Part shown: positions 29,792 to 39,703 of the stretch, piece after piece
How positions within the stretch are numbered: the stretch's first letter is position 1
How the letters are laid out: every line of letters begins with the position of its first letter
Assembly (NCBI GenBank): GCA_937952265.1
Contig: CALFYW010000016.1
Span: 206,661-270,660, forward strand
Source of the DNA: an uncultured bacterium
GTDB lineage: Bacteria > Patescibacteriota > Minisyncoccia > Phycocordibacterales > GCA-2401445
Direction of reading: 5' to 3'
DNA: 64,000 nucleotides
The notes under the pieces: model-generated
Told to the model about the DNA's origin: nothing
Seen by the model: the letters and a program-made list of their open reading frames with translations, nothing else
The model's database searches: none
Made by a program: the position numbers and the translations under genes

Positions 29792-30835
29792 ATGTCTGAA
29801 ACGAATAACCAGAAAAAAGAGGAACCGAAAAAAGAGGAAAAACCGCAAGCGCATCCTACACCTGCACCAGAGCGAGCGCACAAACAGCCTGAACAGACTT
29901 CGCCTGCTCCCGCATCACTCACTCAAGGTACAGAGCCCTATCAAATGGGGCGCCATATTGGAATGAGTGTTGGTATCGGGGTGTTGACCACTCTCGTGAT
30001 CCTCGCCGTGTTTTTTGCCGGTCAGTACTTTGAAAGAGGTAAGCAAGCCGAAACGGTGAATGCTCCTTCTTCCCAATTTTATGGAGGAGCATCACAACAA
30101 TCGCCACAACAACCGGTGGTAACGAGCAATCCGGGCTACGTTCGGGTAGAGATGCCCGCGCAACAGTCAGGAGCGCAACCGCTCAAAATCGAAATTCACA
30201 ATGTGAACGCGAATATCGGTGATACTCGTCGAGAAGCATGGGAAGGCGTTTTGGAAGATGACATTCCTTTGGTGGTTCCTGATGTAAATGAGGACACCAA
30301 TAGAAGCTCTTCCCAGTTTAACAACTTCAATGAAGATGTGACGCTGCAAAAACCTTCCGCCACTGTTGAGCCAAGGACAGAAGCGGAGCCATCTCAAGAA
30401 GAAAGCTCAGGTCAGTTTGTATACGACCAGAAACTCTATGGTCCGCAAACCGCGCATTATCCTTCAAGCCATTGGCCTGGAGGACGAGCTCATTTTGAGA
30501 AGGTTCCTCCGGTTTATGAAAGAGGAGTGGTTGTTGGAGCACCTGTGGTATTAGCACAAGCGGTACCAGGAGCTTCATGTGGCCACCCTTCAGGGCTCTA
30601 TCGGTATCAGCAGGCACCGACGTTTGGTGGTTACGGACATGGTGGGTATCATGCTCCCATTGTTCGACATCATTATCCGTTAGGAAATGTCTCCGCTGGA
30701 GCCTCGTTTGGTAGAAGTTATGCCTTCCCATCACGGGGGGCTGGTTACAATCCCCCGGTGTATCATGGGAGGGGTGTCATGACTTCTCGGTTGGTACTCA
30801 ATCCGCCGGGAGCAGTAAGCGCCCGAAGGTTTTAG
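29792..30835 (+). CDS. Hypothetical single-pass membrane protein, low complexity
   Basis: One TM helix, Q/P/E-rich middle, G/Y/H/P-rich C-terminus; has its own promoter, SD and terminator. Confidence 0.75.
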   Translation: MSETNNQKKEEPKKEEKPQAHPTPAPERAHKQPEQTSPAPASLTQGTEPYQMGRHIGMSVGIGVLTTLVILAVFFAGQYFERGKQAETVNAPSSQFYGGASQQSPQQPVVTSNPGYVRVEMPAQQSGAQPLKIEIHNVNANIGDTRREAWEGVLEDDIPLVVPDVNEDTNRSSSQFNNFNEDVTLQKPSATVEPRTEAEPSQEESSGQFVYDQKLYGPQTAHYPSSHWPGGRAHFEKVPPVYERGVVVGAPVVLAQAVPGASCGHPSGLYRYQQAPTFGGYGHGGYHAPIVRHHYPLGNVSAGASFGRSYAFPSRGAGYNPPVYHGRGVMTSRLVLNPPGAVSARRF

Positions 30836-30855
30836 TTCCTTATAAAACAAATCCG

Positions 30856-30891
30856 AAAAACACGCTACGATCAGTCGTAGCGTGTTTTTTT
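30856..30891 (+). terminator. Intrinsic terminator
   Basis: AAAAACACGCTACGA-tcag-TCGTAGCGTGTTTTT followed by T. Confidence 0.85.
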
Positions 30892-30914
30892 ATGCCTGTG
30901 TTACTATAACCGGT

Positions 30915-31367
30915 ATGTCTATTGAGGTGTCCGATCTTAATGAGCTTGAGCGCCACGCAGCAGATTTTTCTCAAAAATTAGCTACGACAGCGCATAAAGA
31001 GGCGTTGGTAGTAGGTCTCTCGGGGGAGCTTGGCGCCGGTAAAACTACTTTTACGCAAGCGGTTGCGCGTACTTTTGGGATTGAGGCTCGCATTACCAGT
31101 CCCACCTTTGTCATTATGAAAATTTACGATATTCCTTCTCATGGTAGATTTTCAAAATTTATTCATATTGATGCTTACCGTCTTCAAAACAGTAATGAGC
31201 TCATACATCTTGGTTTTAACGAATTGATTCGTGAGCAAGGAAATCTTATTTTTATCGAATGGCCAGAACGTGTACCTGAGGCCACCCCAAAAACCTCAAT
31301 TGGTGTAGAATTTGAAGTAGTTGGGGAAGCATCACGGATGCTTTCTTACCACAATACCCCATGGTAA
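30915..31367 (+). CDS. tsaE: tRNA threonylcarbamoyladenosine biosynthesis ATPase TsaE
   Basis: GELGAGKTTF, ITSPTFVIM, HIDAYRL, FIEWPE. Confidence 0.93.
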   Translation: MSIEVSDLNELERHAADFSQKLATTAHKEALVVGLSGELGAGKTTFTQAVARTFGIEARITSPTFVIMKIYDIPSHGRFSKFIHIDAYRLQNSNELIHLGFNELIREQGNLIFIEWPERVPEATPKTSIGVEFEVVGEASRMLSYHNTPW

Positions 31368-33748
31368 AAAACGTTAAAAAAGAAAAGTTAATCCTTCTTG
31401 ATACACACGCCATACTACACCGTGCTTTTCACGCGCTTCCTGATTTCTCTTCAAGTAAAGGAGAGCCCACCGGAGCGCTCTATGGTTTGGTTTCTATGTT
31501 GATCAAAATTATTCAAGACATCAATCCTGATTATGTAATCGCGTGTTTTGATCTTCCTGGGCCTACCTATCGGCACGAGGTATATAAAGAATACAAATCA
31601 AAACGCCCGAAAGCGGATGATGCGCTCGTCTCTCAAATCAAGCGCTCTCGTGATGTTATGAACGCGCTCAGTATTCCTTGCTATGATAGTCCTGGTTTTG
31701 AGGCGGACGATATTTTAGGCACTATTGTTGGGAAACTTAAAGACCGTGACGATCTTGAAATCATCATTGCATCAGGGGATATGGATACCTTGCAGTTGGT
31801 TTCAGGTAAAGCGGTTAAGGTATTTACGCTAAAAAAAGGTATCCGTGATACCGTTTTGTATGATGAGGACGCGGTGTATGCGCGTTTTGGTTTTTCTCCG
31901 TCATCACTCCCTGATTTTAAGGGGTTACGAGGAGATCCCTCGGACAATATTATCGGCATTTCAGGTATTGGTGAAAAAACAGCAACCACCATAATAAAAG
32001 AATTTCATACCATTGAAAATTTATACCAGGTGTTAAAGAAAGATCCTCAAAAAGTAAAAAAAAGTGGAATCACTGATCGTATTATAAAGTTATTGAACGA
32101 AGGGGAAGAGGAAGCACGTTTTTCAAAAGTTCTAGCTCAGATTCGTTATGATGCGCCGATTCAATTTGAATTACCTGAAAAATCGTGGCGCACGTCAGTA
32201 GATATTGATCAGGCCCAAGCGCTTTTTCAGGATCTTGAGTTTCGAACACTTGGTCCTCGACTGCGAACACTGCTTGGTGTTAAGGAAAATGAGGTAGTTT
32301 CTTCTGAAGATGTTGAAGTGACCATCGATCATGATGAGGATGACCCCGAAGAGCTTGAGCGCGTCGGTCTTGCGCTCTGGATTTTAGATTCAACCATTAC
32401 CAATCCAACAAAGGAGGATATAGTAACCTTTAGCAAAGAAAAGACGCTTCACCGTGCGAAAACCGTTATCTTTAATGAATTAAAAAAGCAGAATCTCTTT
32501 GGGGTCTATGATCGTATTGAGGAACCTTTGATTGAGGTAACGCACGCGATGGAAGCGCGAGGAATTACGCTCGATGTTTCGAAACTTCAAGTATTAAGTA
32601 AGAAATATCATCACAAACTCTCCGTACTTCAGAAAAAGATATGGGAACTTGCAGGAAAAGAATTTAATATCAACTCACCCAAACAAATTGGAGAAGTGTT
32701 ATTCGACACTCTCGGACTCTCCGCTAAGGGGTATAAAAAAACACAAGGAGGAGCACGATCAACACGAGAATCCGTATTACAAGAGCTTGTCGATGCCCAT
32801 CCGGTGGTACCGGTGATTTTAGAGTACCGTGAATTACAAAAGCTACTCTCAACGTATATTGATCCGTTACCCAAATTGGTTAAAGAAGATCATCGTTTGC
32901 ATACTGATTTTGTACAGACGGGCACCACAACAGGACGCATGGCGTCAAAAGATCCAAATTTACAAAATATACCGAATCGTTCAGAGATAGGGAAAGAGAT
33001 CAGGGATACTTTTGTAAGCGCACCGGGGTTTTCTTTAGTGTCTTTTGATTATTCTCAAATTGAGTTGCGCATCGCCGCATTCCTGTCAGGAGATGAGAAA
33101 TTAATCCATATTTTCAAGCATGGCGATGATGTGCACCGAGCCGTTGCGTCAGAGGTCTTCCATGTATCACCTGAAGCAGTAACACATGATATGCGACGTC
33201 GCGCGAAGGTAATTAATTTTGGTATTTTGTATGGTATGGGGGTGAATGCGCTCAAGGGAAATCTCGGGACCTCGCGTGCTGAAGCTCAGGAATTTTTAAA
33301 TAATTATTTTGAGACCTTTGTAACACTCTCGAGGTACCTTGAGGGGATCAAAGGGGATGTTCGAAGGCGAGGGTATACGGAGACCCTCTTTGGCCGACGA
33401 CGGTATTTTGAAGGCATTGATTCAAAGATTCCTTATGTACGGGCTGCTGCTGAGCGGATGGCAATCAACGCGCCTATTCAAGGGACAGAAGCGGATATTA
33501 TCAAACTTGCCATGATTCGTGTTGATTCTTTTTTGAAAGAAAAAGGGTGTCGAGATGATGCCCACCTACTGCTTCAAGTGCATGATGAATTGGTGTATGA
33601 GATCAAGACTTCAAAAGTTGATCCGCTTATTCCAGATATTGTTTCAATTATGGAACATGTCGTGCCAGAAACAGAGACGAAAGGCGTCCCTATTTTAGTT
33701 GATGTCGCCACCGGTTCAGCGTGGGGGAAACTTCAAAAACAAACCTAA
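31361..33748 (+). CDS. polA: DNA polymerase I (5'-3' exonuclease plus polymerase; proofreading domain reduced)
   Basis: EADDILGT, LRGDPSDNI, DYSQIELR, AKVINFGILYG, QVHDELV. Confidence 0.95.
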   Translation: MVKNVKKEKLILLDTHAILHRAFHALPDFSSSKGEPTGALYGLVSMLIKIIQDINPDYVIACFDLPGPTYRHEVYKEYKSKRPKADDALVSQIKRSRDVMNALSIPCYDSPGFEADDILGTIVGKLKDRDDLEIIIASGDMDTLQLVSGKAVKVFTLKKGIRDTVLYDEDAVYARFGFSPSSLPDFKGLRGDPSDNIIGISGIGEKTATTIIKEFHTIENLYQVLKKDPQKVKKSGITDRIIKLLNEGEEEARFSKVLAQIRYDAPIQFELPEKSWRTSVDIDQAQALFQDLEFRTLGPRLRTLLGVKENEVVSSEDVEVTIDHDEDDPEELERVGLALWILDSTITNPTKEDIVTFSKEKTLHRAKTVIFNELKKQNLFGVYDRIEEPLIEVTHAMEARGITLDVSKLQVLSKKYHHKLSVLQKKIWELAGKEFNINSPKQIGEVLFDTLGLSAKGYKKTQGGARSTRESVLQELVDAHPVVPVILEYRELQKLLSTYIDPLPKLVKEDHRLHTDFVQTGTTTGRMASKDPNLQNIPNRSEIGKEIRDTFVSAPGFSLVSFDYSQIELRIAAFLSGDEKLIHIFKHGDDVHRAVASEVFHVSPEAVTHDMRRRAKVINFGILYGMGVNALKGNLGTSRAEAQEFLNNYFETFVTLSRYLEGIKGDVRRRGYTETLFGRRRYFEGIDSKIPYVRAAAERMAINAPIQGTEADIIKLAMIRVDSFLKEKGCRDDAHLLLQVHDELVYEIKTSKVDPLIPDIVSIMEHVVPETETKGVPILVDVATGSAWGKLQKQT

Positions 33749-33752
33749 TACT

Positions 33753-34466
33753 ATGCTCTACGTTATTTATGGAGATGATCGCGCACGGATTCTTAAAAAG
33801 GTGCACGAACTTAAAGAAAAACTATTGATAAAAAAGCCGGAGGCCTCAGTTTTTCAGCCGGATAGTTTTGAGTGGAACCCTGCGCTCCTTGAGTCTCTTA
33901 CGGGAGGGCAAGGTTTATTTGAGCGCAAGTATATTGTGGTGCTTGGAGATTTTCTTGAGAAAAAAGAGATCCGAGGAGAAATGCAAAACATGTTTCCTCG
34001 CATGAAAGACTCAGAGAATATTTTTATTCTTTTTGATGGATTGCTTGATAAAAAGACTGAAAAAGAACTTGAGAAGTATGCGAACCGTACACTGAGGTAT
34101 GAAAAAGTTAAAAAGGCGGTGCGGGCGCCATTCAATATCTTTTCATTGAGCGACTTCTTTGTTCACCGTGATTCGAGAGAGTTGTGGACTTGTTTTCATG
34201 TTGCCAAACGTATTGCCTCTATCGAAGAGATACACGGTATCCTTTTTTGGCAGTTAAAAACAATGTGGTTGGCAAAAGACGCGGAGACTCCAGAAGAGGT
34301 AGGATTGAAACCTTTTGTATTTCGAAAAGCGCGTATGGGGCTTAAAAAATTTACCGCGCAAGAGATTGAAGAGAAGACCTATACCTTACTAGAAATGTAC
34401 CATGAAGCACGAAGAGGGCGTGCTGATCTGGCAATAAGACTCGAGCGTTTTATTCTTTCTTTATAA
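33753..34466 (+). CDS. holA: DNA polymerase III delta subunit-like protein
   Basis: MLYVIYGDD, GQGLFERKYIVV, FNIFSLSD, KPFVFRK, LERFILSL. Confidence 0.7.
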   Translation: MLYVIYGDDRARILKKVHELKEKLLIKKPEASVFQPDSFEWNPALLESLTGGQGLFERKYIVVLGDFLEKKEIRGEMQNMFPRMKDSENIFILFDGLLDKKTEKELEKYANRTLRYEKVKKAVRAPFNIFSLSDFFVHRDSRELWTCFHVAKRIASIEEIHGILFWQLKTMWLAKDAETPEEVGLKPFVFRKARMGLKKFTAQEIEEKTYTLLEMYHEARRGRADLAIRLERFILSL

Positions 34467-34475
34467 TATAGGGTG

Positions 34476-34805
34476 CTATCGGTATGCGTGGAGAGGTACC
34501 GCGCGATAGTTTCTTATCGTATCCGCAATAATCAATCCGAGCATGAGTAATACCCCAAGAATAAGGAATTGCACCGAGGTTTCAGTGTTGAGAAATGCGC
34601 TGGTATAAAAGTGATACAAGGACGCTCCTTCAGCATGGGCCCCATTTTGGATTACGTTTCGTATTGATACGAGTGAGGCGAGCGAAAAGAGTAATGAGAA
34701 AAGCGCGATGATTTTAAATGAAACAAAGGTTTTCATCTTTCGCCATGCGTAGGAGAGATATACACCCCGCATAATTTTTTGTTTAAGTTTTTGCTCCGTT
34801 GTCAT
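34476..34805 (-). CDS. Small membrane protein downstream of the ECF sigma factor (possible anti-sigma)
   Basis: LKQKIMRGV N-terminus and two TM helices; operonic with the sigma gene. Confidence 0.55.
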   Translation of the reverse strand: MTTEQKLKQKIMRGVYLSYAWRKMKTFVSFKIIALFSLLFSLASLVSIRNVIQNGAHAEGASLYHFYTSAFLNTETSVQFLILGVLLMLGLIIADTIRNYRAVPLHAYR

Positions 34806-34816
34806 ACTTATAGTGT

Positions 34817-35389
34817 TTAAATAGAAAGCGTCGTAAAATCTATTTTTCGGAATTCTTTTTTTGCCCGATGCATTCTGGTGCGAATGACGCCTGCTGATAC
34901 ACCTTCTTCATCCGCAATTTCTTGGTGTGACTTTCCTTCAAGAAAATATTTTTTGAGGACGGTGCTAAAAACAGGATTCATTCGAACAAATACTGAGCTT
35001 AGATAGTCTGGTAAAAATTGGCTATTTTTCTCCCAACTATTTGTATCAGGAAGTCGCTCGCTTTCCTCAGGTTCTAGAGTTATGGTGCGCTCATTATGAC
35101 GTGAACTTTTCTGATACGCGGTAAATGCGGTGTTCATGAGTATTTTGTATGCCCATGATTTGAATGATGCTCCGGGCATTTTTTGAAAAGTGTGCGCGTG
35201 GCGATAAATCTTGATGAAGGTGTCTTGTACCACGTCTTCCGCGGTCTCCTCGGATCGAACTACCGGCAAAGCCTTTCGGAGAAAGGCTTTTTGGTAGCGA
35301 TCCACCAGATGAGCAAAAAGTGATGGTTTCTCTATCGATTGATGAAGGAGTGCTTCATCGGAGAGTGTGTTGAGGTTAATAGGTTGCAT
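34817..35389 (-). CDS. ECF RNA polymerase sigma factor
   Basis: AEDVVQDTFIKIY, FKSWAYKI, SHQEIADEEG...IRTRMHRAK. Confidence 0.9.
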   Translation of the reverse strand: MQPINLNTLSDEALLHQSIEKPSLFAHLVDRYQKAFLRKALPVVRSEETAEDVVQDTFIKIYRHAHTFQKMPGASFKSWAYKILMNTAFTAYQKSSRHNERTITLEPEESERLPDTNSWEKNSQFLPDYLSSVFVRMNPVFSTVLKKYFLEGKSHQEIADEEGVSAGVIRTRMHRAKKEFRKIDFTTLSI

Positions 35390-35473
35390 AGATATATCGT
35401 AGCATTAATCGACCTTCATTAAAGAAAACACGAATTATAGGTATTTTGTTACCAGAGTAATACAAGTTCTGTG

Positions 35474-35546
35474 TCCGCCCAGCAGGACTCGAACCTGCGA
35501 CCCTCTGCTTAAAAGGCAGGTGCTCTACCAACTGAGCTATGGGCGG
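35474..35546 (-). tRNA. tRNA-Lys(UUU)
   Basis: Cloverleaf; anticodon loop CTTTTAA; CCA not encoded. Confidence 0.93.
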
Positions 35547-35606
35547 TTATATTATTCCACGGAGTCGTTCTGTACTATATCAAATAAGCCTCGAAAGTCT
35601 AATGTG

Positions 35607-36005
35607 TTATAAAGGGAGATCGATGGCGAAAAATCCAGCACCAGTTATTACTAAAGAAAGAGTTATTGCCTCGAGTGCAATAAAAAAGAGAGATTCAAAA
35701 TCTGGTTTTTGAGGCGCTTTATTTTTAAAACCACGGAGTATGATTCCCATTACGATGATGCTTAAAGCAAGCGCGGTGATCTGGGTAAAGAGCCCCAAGA
35801 TAAGGAATAAGCTACCAAGAATAAAAAGTGTCCCAACAGCATACCGATATCCAGGGCTCATTAGGCGCAAAAGGCGAGTTTGATTGAGGAGTGGGTCTCT
35901 AAAAGAGGAAAATCCAAGAAAGAGATAGCATAAACCACTTACCATACGAAACAGAAAAGGGGCGAGAAGCCCAAATGCAAGTAAGTCGGGAAAAGGATTT
36001 AACAT
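35607..36005 (-). CDS. DoxX-like membrane protein
   Basis: LFLILGLFTQITAL and GAGFFAIDLPL motifs. Confidence 0.7.
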   Translation of the reverse strand: MLNPFPDLLAFGLLAPFLFRMVSGLCYLFLGFSSFRDPLLNQTRLLRLMSPGYRYAVGTLFILGSLFLILGLFTQITALALSIIVMGIILRGFKNKAPQKPDFESLFFIALEAITLSLVITGAGFFAIDLPL

Positions 36006-36059
36006 GCGTTACAGTATAACACATCTTGCATTACACACATCGCTTAGTACACTCTGATT

Positions 36060-36536
36060 ATGCAGATAATGCCACGCGTCGGAATTTTACATAACATTAG
36101 AAGTATTCATAATGTTGCTTCTATTTTTCGTACCGCTGATGCGGCTGGTTTTGATAAACTGTTTCTAACGGGGTACACGCCGGGGCCGATTGATCGGTTT
36201 GGAATGCCCGAACAGAAATTTATCAAGGTTTCTTTAGGTGCAGAAAAAAATATTGCCTGGGAAATGAAAAAAAATCTTTCGCCACTCCTCAATACGCTTA
36301 AAAAGAATGGGTATTCTGTGGTTGCGTTTGAGCAACATCCAAAAGCTCTCCATTATCGTACGGTGTCGTACCAGAAACCTTTCGCAATTATGTTGGGGAA
36401 CGAAAGAGTGGGGCTGTCTGCGCGAGCGCTTCAGCACGCAGACTATATTGCTCAAATTCCCATGCGCGGAAAGAAAGAATCACTCAATGTTTCCGTAGTC
36501 GCGGGTATCGCCTTTTTTGAGAGCCTAATAGATTAG
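36060..36536 (+). CDS. TrmH/SpoU family RNA methyltransferase
   Basis: HNIRSIHNVASIFRTAD, GNERVGL, IPMRGKKESLNVSV. Confidence 0.92.
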   Translation: MQIMPRVGILHNIRSIHNVASIFRTADAAGFDKLFLTGYTPGPIDRFGMPEQKFIKVSLGAEKNIAWEMKKNLSPLLNTLKKNGYSVVAFEQHPKALHYRTVSYQKPFAIMLGNERVGLSARALQHADYIAQIPMRGKKESLNVSVVAGIAFFESLID

Positions 36537-37493
36537 TGTATCGACCACTTTGCCGTTGTGATCAATGAGTTGTATTGCTTCGCGTTCATTTTTCCAAAGC
36601 TCGGTATCTCTTCCAAGGTAGACCCTCCATTCATTTCTATAAAATGAAGCATTTTCTTTATGCTCATTGATACAGGTATGGTAGTTTGCACGTTCATTGA
36701 TAAACGCTTTGCAGGCGGGAGAAAGTGTAAGAGGGAGTCCTCTTAGGGGCACCGTACAATTTGGAATACTTTGGAGGTAATCCAAGCAGGTATCATTAAA
36801 CGCATTTGGGAATTCAGGTAATGAGCTATCTATCAATCGTGGGCAGGTGCGGGCAAGCGGTGGGGTGAAGCTTTGGAATTGCGCGAAGTAGCCAGTGCAA
36901 AGGTTTGTACGAAAAGAAGATCCGATTGGTGACCTTCCGGTAGTAACATAGATGCGTGCCCCTGGATTTAGAAATATAGTCTCTTCAGTAATCCGCTCCC
37001 CAATAAAAGGCAGGTACGAACCTTTCTTGATGGTGCCTGATTTTCCGGTTACGAGGCTTCGAACCTCCCAGTTCGTCAGGGGGATTTTTTCAGATACGCG
37101 AGGAGAGACTGAAAGAAGCAGGTATTCTTGGTGTGGAGTGGTTGCATGTTTGGTAACAAGCTCGATTTCTACTAATGAGCGATATGGTGATGTTTCTGTT
37201 TGATCAATACGCGCGCCAATACGACGAAGCTCTGTTTCAAGGAGGTTTCGTTCTCGCTCTGAAAGTTCGGTATTTGCGCTGGGGGTGTTGGTCGGGGTGT
37301 TAAAGGTTCCTCGTGGTGTACGCAATGCTTGTACCTGGAATTTGAATTGCGGAGCTGAAAACACCGGAGCAGAAAAGAGTCCTCTGTCTTGAGATGAGGT
37401 ATTCATACCGCGCTCGGGACCTCCGGTGGCAAACCAAATAAGCCACATAGCGGCAAAGAAACCAACAATAATCGCAAGTTCTTTAAAGGGCAT
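36525..37493 (-). CDS. Membrane-anchored Cys-rich hypothetical protein (lamin-tail-like domain possible)
   Basis: N-terminal TM helix; EYLLL...IPLTNW and LWKNEREAIQLIDHNGKVVD. Confidence 0.6.
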   Translation of the reverse strand: MPFKELAIIVGFFAAMWLIWFATGGPERGMNTSSQDRGLFSAPVFSAPQFKFQVQALRTPRGTFNTPTNTPSANTELSERERNLLETELRRIGARIDQTETSPYRSLVEIELVTKHATTPHQEYLLLSVSPRVSEKIPLTNWEVRSLVTGKSGTIKKGSYLPFIGERITEETIFLNPGARIYVTTGRSPIGSSFRTNLCTGYFAQFQSFTPPLARTCPRLIDSSLPEFPNAFNDTCLDYLQSIPNCTVPLRGLPLTLSPACKAFINERANYHTCINEHKENASFYRNEWRVYLGRDTELWKNEREAIQLIDHNGKVVDTLIY

Positions 37494-37508
37494 TATTATT
37501 ATTTTCGG

Positions 37509-38753
37509 TTATCTATTTTTGCTTGTCAAAACTGAGCGAAGGACATCCTGGGCAATACCATAATCGCTCCACGGTTCCTTACTTCCTTGTGGCCCCATAA
37601 TGTAAGGGTCGGTGCCTTTACCAGTAATAATTACCGCATCATGTGCTGATGATGCATAGTGTATTCCCGTACGGATCGCTTCTTTACGATCGATAATAAT
37701 TTGGGGTTTCTGTGAGGTGATACCTCCCGCAATATCATGGATAATTTTTTCTGGATCTTCATCATAAGGATCTTCATTGGTGAGAATAATGTGGTCGCAG
37801 TAGGTATCCGCAACATTTCCAAAAACCTCTCGTTTCCATTTATCCCTTCCTCCTCCTGTTGCTCCTAGAACACAGATTTTTCTTGAAGTTTTGAAGGTCT
37901 CATACACGGAAATAAGTGATTCTCGAGTATGCGCGTAATCAATCACCACGGTAAAAGGTTGCCCTTCTTGTACCAACTCAAAGCGCCCCGGAATATGTTC
38001 AAGTTTTTGAATACCTTTCGCAATGATATGTTCTGGAATATTGAAAGCTCTCGCAAGGGTAGCGCTTGCGAGAATGTTCTCAATCATTGGTTTTCCGCGA
38101 AGCACGCTCTTTATTTCTGTGTCGCAAAACGTAAGAGTGATACCCTGAGCATTCTCTGATGCTGATGTAAGACGAGTTACATCATACGTTCGAATATCTT
38201 GAATCGGAAGCTTCGTAAATCGGCGAACTTCTCCTCCTTGATTATTAACCACCAACACCTTCTTCTTTTTAGATGATCGCGCCAACGCCCACCCGATGGA
38301 AAGTTTTGCTTGGATATAGTTCTCGAATGATCCATGAGACTCAATATGTTCTGGTTCGATATTGGTAACGACGAGTGCGTCAAGGGAAATAAAGCGGTGT
38401 CGGAACTGCCGTGCGCCTTCAGAGGTCATTTCAATAATCGCGACGTTTGCTCCTTCTATGGCGGCACGGTTGAGAAAGTGCTGTAAAAAGAAACGTCCCG
38501 GCATGGTCATCTTTTTTACGTTGGGATTGTTGGTGTCCCCAATTTTAAATCGAATGGTGTTTGAGAGGGCAGTAGTGTATCCTGCGGCTTCAAAAATACT
38601 GTTGATCATTTCGGTTACACTTGTTTTGCCTTTGGTTCCCGTAACCGCGATTACTGGTATTTTGCGTGAAGGGAATCGGTACCAAAGTGCTCCGAAAAGC
38701 GCAAGTAAAAAATGGTATGGTGATCGGAATATTTTCTTAAATAACCTCATCAT
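37509..38753 (-). CDS. murE: Mur ligase (MurE-like)
   Basis: VTGTKGKTS, EMTSEG, HIESH, PGRFE, VIDYAH, NEDP, ITGKG. Confidence 0.85.
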   Translation of the reverse strand: MMRLFKKIFRSPYHFLLALFGALWYRFPSRKIPVIAVTGTKGKTSVTEMINSIFEAAGYTTALSNTIRFKIGDTNNPNVKKMTMPGRFFLQHFLNRAAIEGANVAIIEMTSEGARQFRHRFISLDALVVTNIEPEHIESHGSFENYIQAKLSIGWALARSSKKKKVLVVNNQGGEVRRFTKLPIQDIRTYDVTRLTSASENAQGITLTFCDTEIKSVLRGKPMIENILASATLARAFNIPEHIIAKGIQKLEHIPGRFELVQEGQPFTVVIDYAHTRESLISVYETFKTSRKICVLGATGGGRDKWKREVFGNVADTYCDHIILTNEDPYDEDPEKIIHDIAGGITSQKPQIIIDRKEAIRTGIHYASSAHDAVIITGKGTDPYIMGPQGSKEPWSDYGIAQDVLRSVLTSKNR

Positions 38754-38762
38754 AGAATAACA

Positions 38763-39344
38763 TTATCGCGTACCCCCTAGGATTCGAAGTGCTTCTTTAA
38801 TACGAGCTTGCGTCCCGTTTATCTCAGAGGGTATTTTTTTAAGGGTGTTTCGAGCGTCTTTTTGTGAATAACCCAGAGTGATGAGTGCTTCGAGTAGATC
38901 GTGGTGGTCTGAGTTAGAAATGTCCTCATCTGATCCTTTCTCTGTTTTTGGAACCTTTTCTTTAAGTTCAAGCACTATTTTTTCAGCATGCCGTTTCCCA
39001 ATACCGATTACTTCAGTAAGGTGTGTGGTATCTCCTGAGCGGATCGCGCGAATAAGGGTATCTGTCGATGCGGCGCTCATGACCCCGAGTGCTGATTTTG
39101 GCCCGATTCCTGAAACCCCAATAAGTAAAAGAAAAAAATCGAGATCTTCTTTATGTAAGAACCCATAGAGATCAAGAGAGGTTTCTCGGACTGATAAATG
39201 CGTCCATAGATTTGCTTCAGCGTCGTGTTTGAGTTGTTGTAAGGTCCCACTTGGTATCGCGAGTTTAAATCCAACACCGCCAACTGAAAGAACAATCGAT
39301 CCATGTTCAATATGGGACACCACTCCTTTAAGGCGCGAAATCAT
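38763..39344 (-). CDS. ruvA: Holliday junction DNA-binding protein RuvA
   Basis: GGVGFK, LYGF, VSGIGPKSAL, ALITLGY. Confidence 0.95.
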   Translation of the reverse strand: MISRLKGVVSHIEHGSIVLSVGGVGFKLAIPSGTLQQLKHDAEANLWTHLSVRETSLDLYGFLHKEDLDFFLLLIGVSGIGPKSALGVMSAASTDTLIRAIRSGDTTHLTEVIGIGKRHAEKIVLELKEKVPKTEKGSDEDISNSDHHDLLEALITLGYSQKDARNTLKKIPSEINGTQARIKEALRILGGTR

Positions 39345-39422
39345 AGCTTATACTATAGCATATTGCACTCTACGGTGATATGTGTTACGATTTAGGCTCA
39401 TTAAATATAGTCAACATTAATC

Positions 39423-39692
39423 ATGCCCATTACTAAATCAGCAGGAAAAGCACTTCGTGGATCACAGAGAAAGCGCGTTTTTAATAATCGCCGAAAAGGG
39501 GCGCTTAAGGCGGTGGTAAAAGAGGTGCACGAACTCCTTAACACAGGAAAGATTGAAGATGCGGAGAAATTGCTCCCGCATGTGTATCAAACGATTGATA
39601 AAGCAAAGAAAACGAACGTGATTAAAAAGAATACCGCAGATAGAAAGAAATCACAGTTAGTACGTGCAATTAAAAGACAAAAAGCCGTGTAA
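39423..39692 (+). CDS. rpsT: 30S ribosomal protein S20
   Basis: MPITKSAGKALR...IDKAKKTNVIKKNTADRKKS. Confidence 0.95.
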   Translation: MPITKSAGKALRGSQRKRVFNNRRKGALKAVVKEVHELLNTGKIEDAEKLLPHVYQTIDKAKKTNVIKKNTADRKKSQLVRAIKRQKAV

Positions 39693-39702
39693 CGGCTTTT
39701 TT
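39679..39702. terminator. Bidirectional terminator between rpsT and the pilin gene
   Basis: AAAAAGCCGT-gta-ACGGCTTTTT. Confidence 0.75.
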
Positions 39703-39703
39703 C

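Noticed and set aside
25486..33748. Short YebC and PolA lacking most of the proofreading domain as pseudogenes
   Set aside because: Both frames are intact with catalytic or signature motifs; shortened forms fit genome streamlining.
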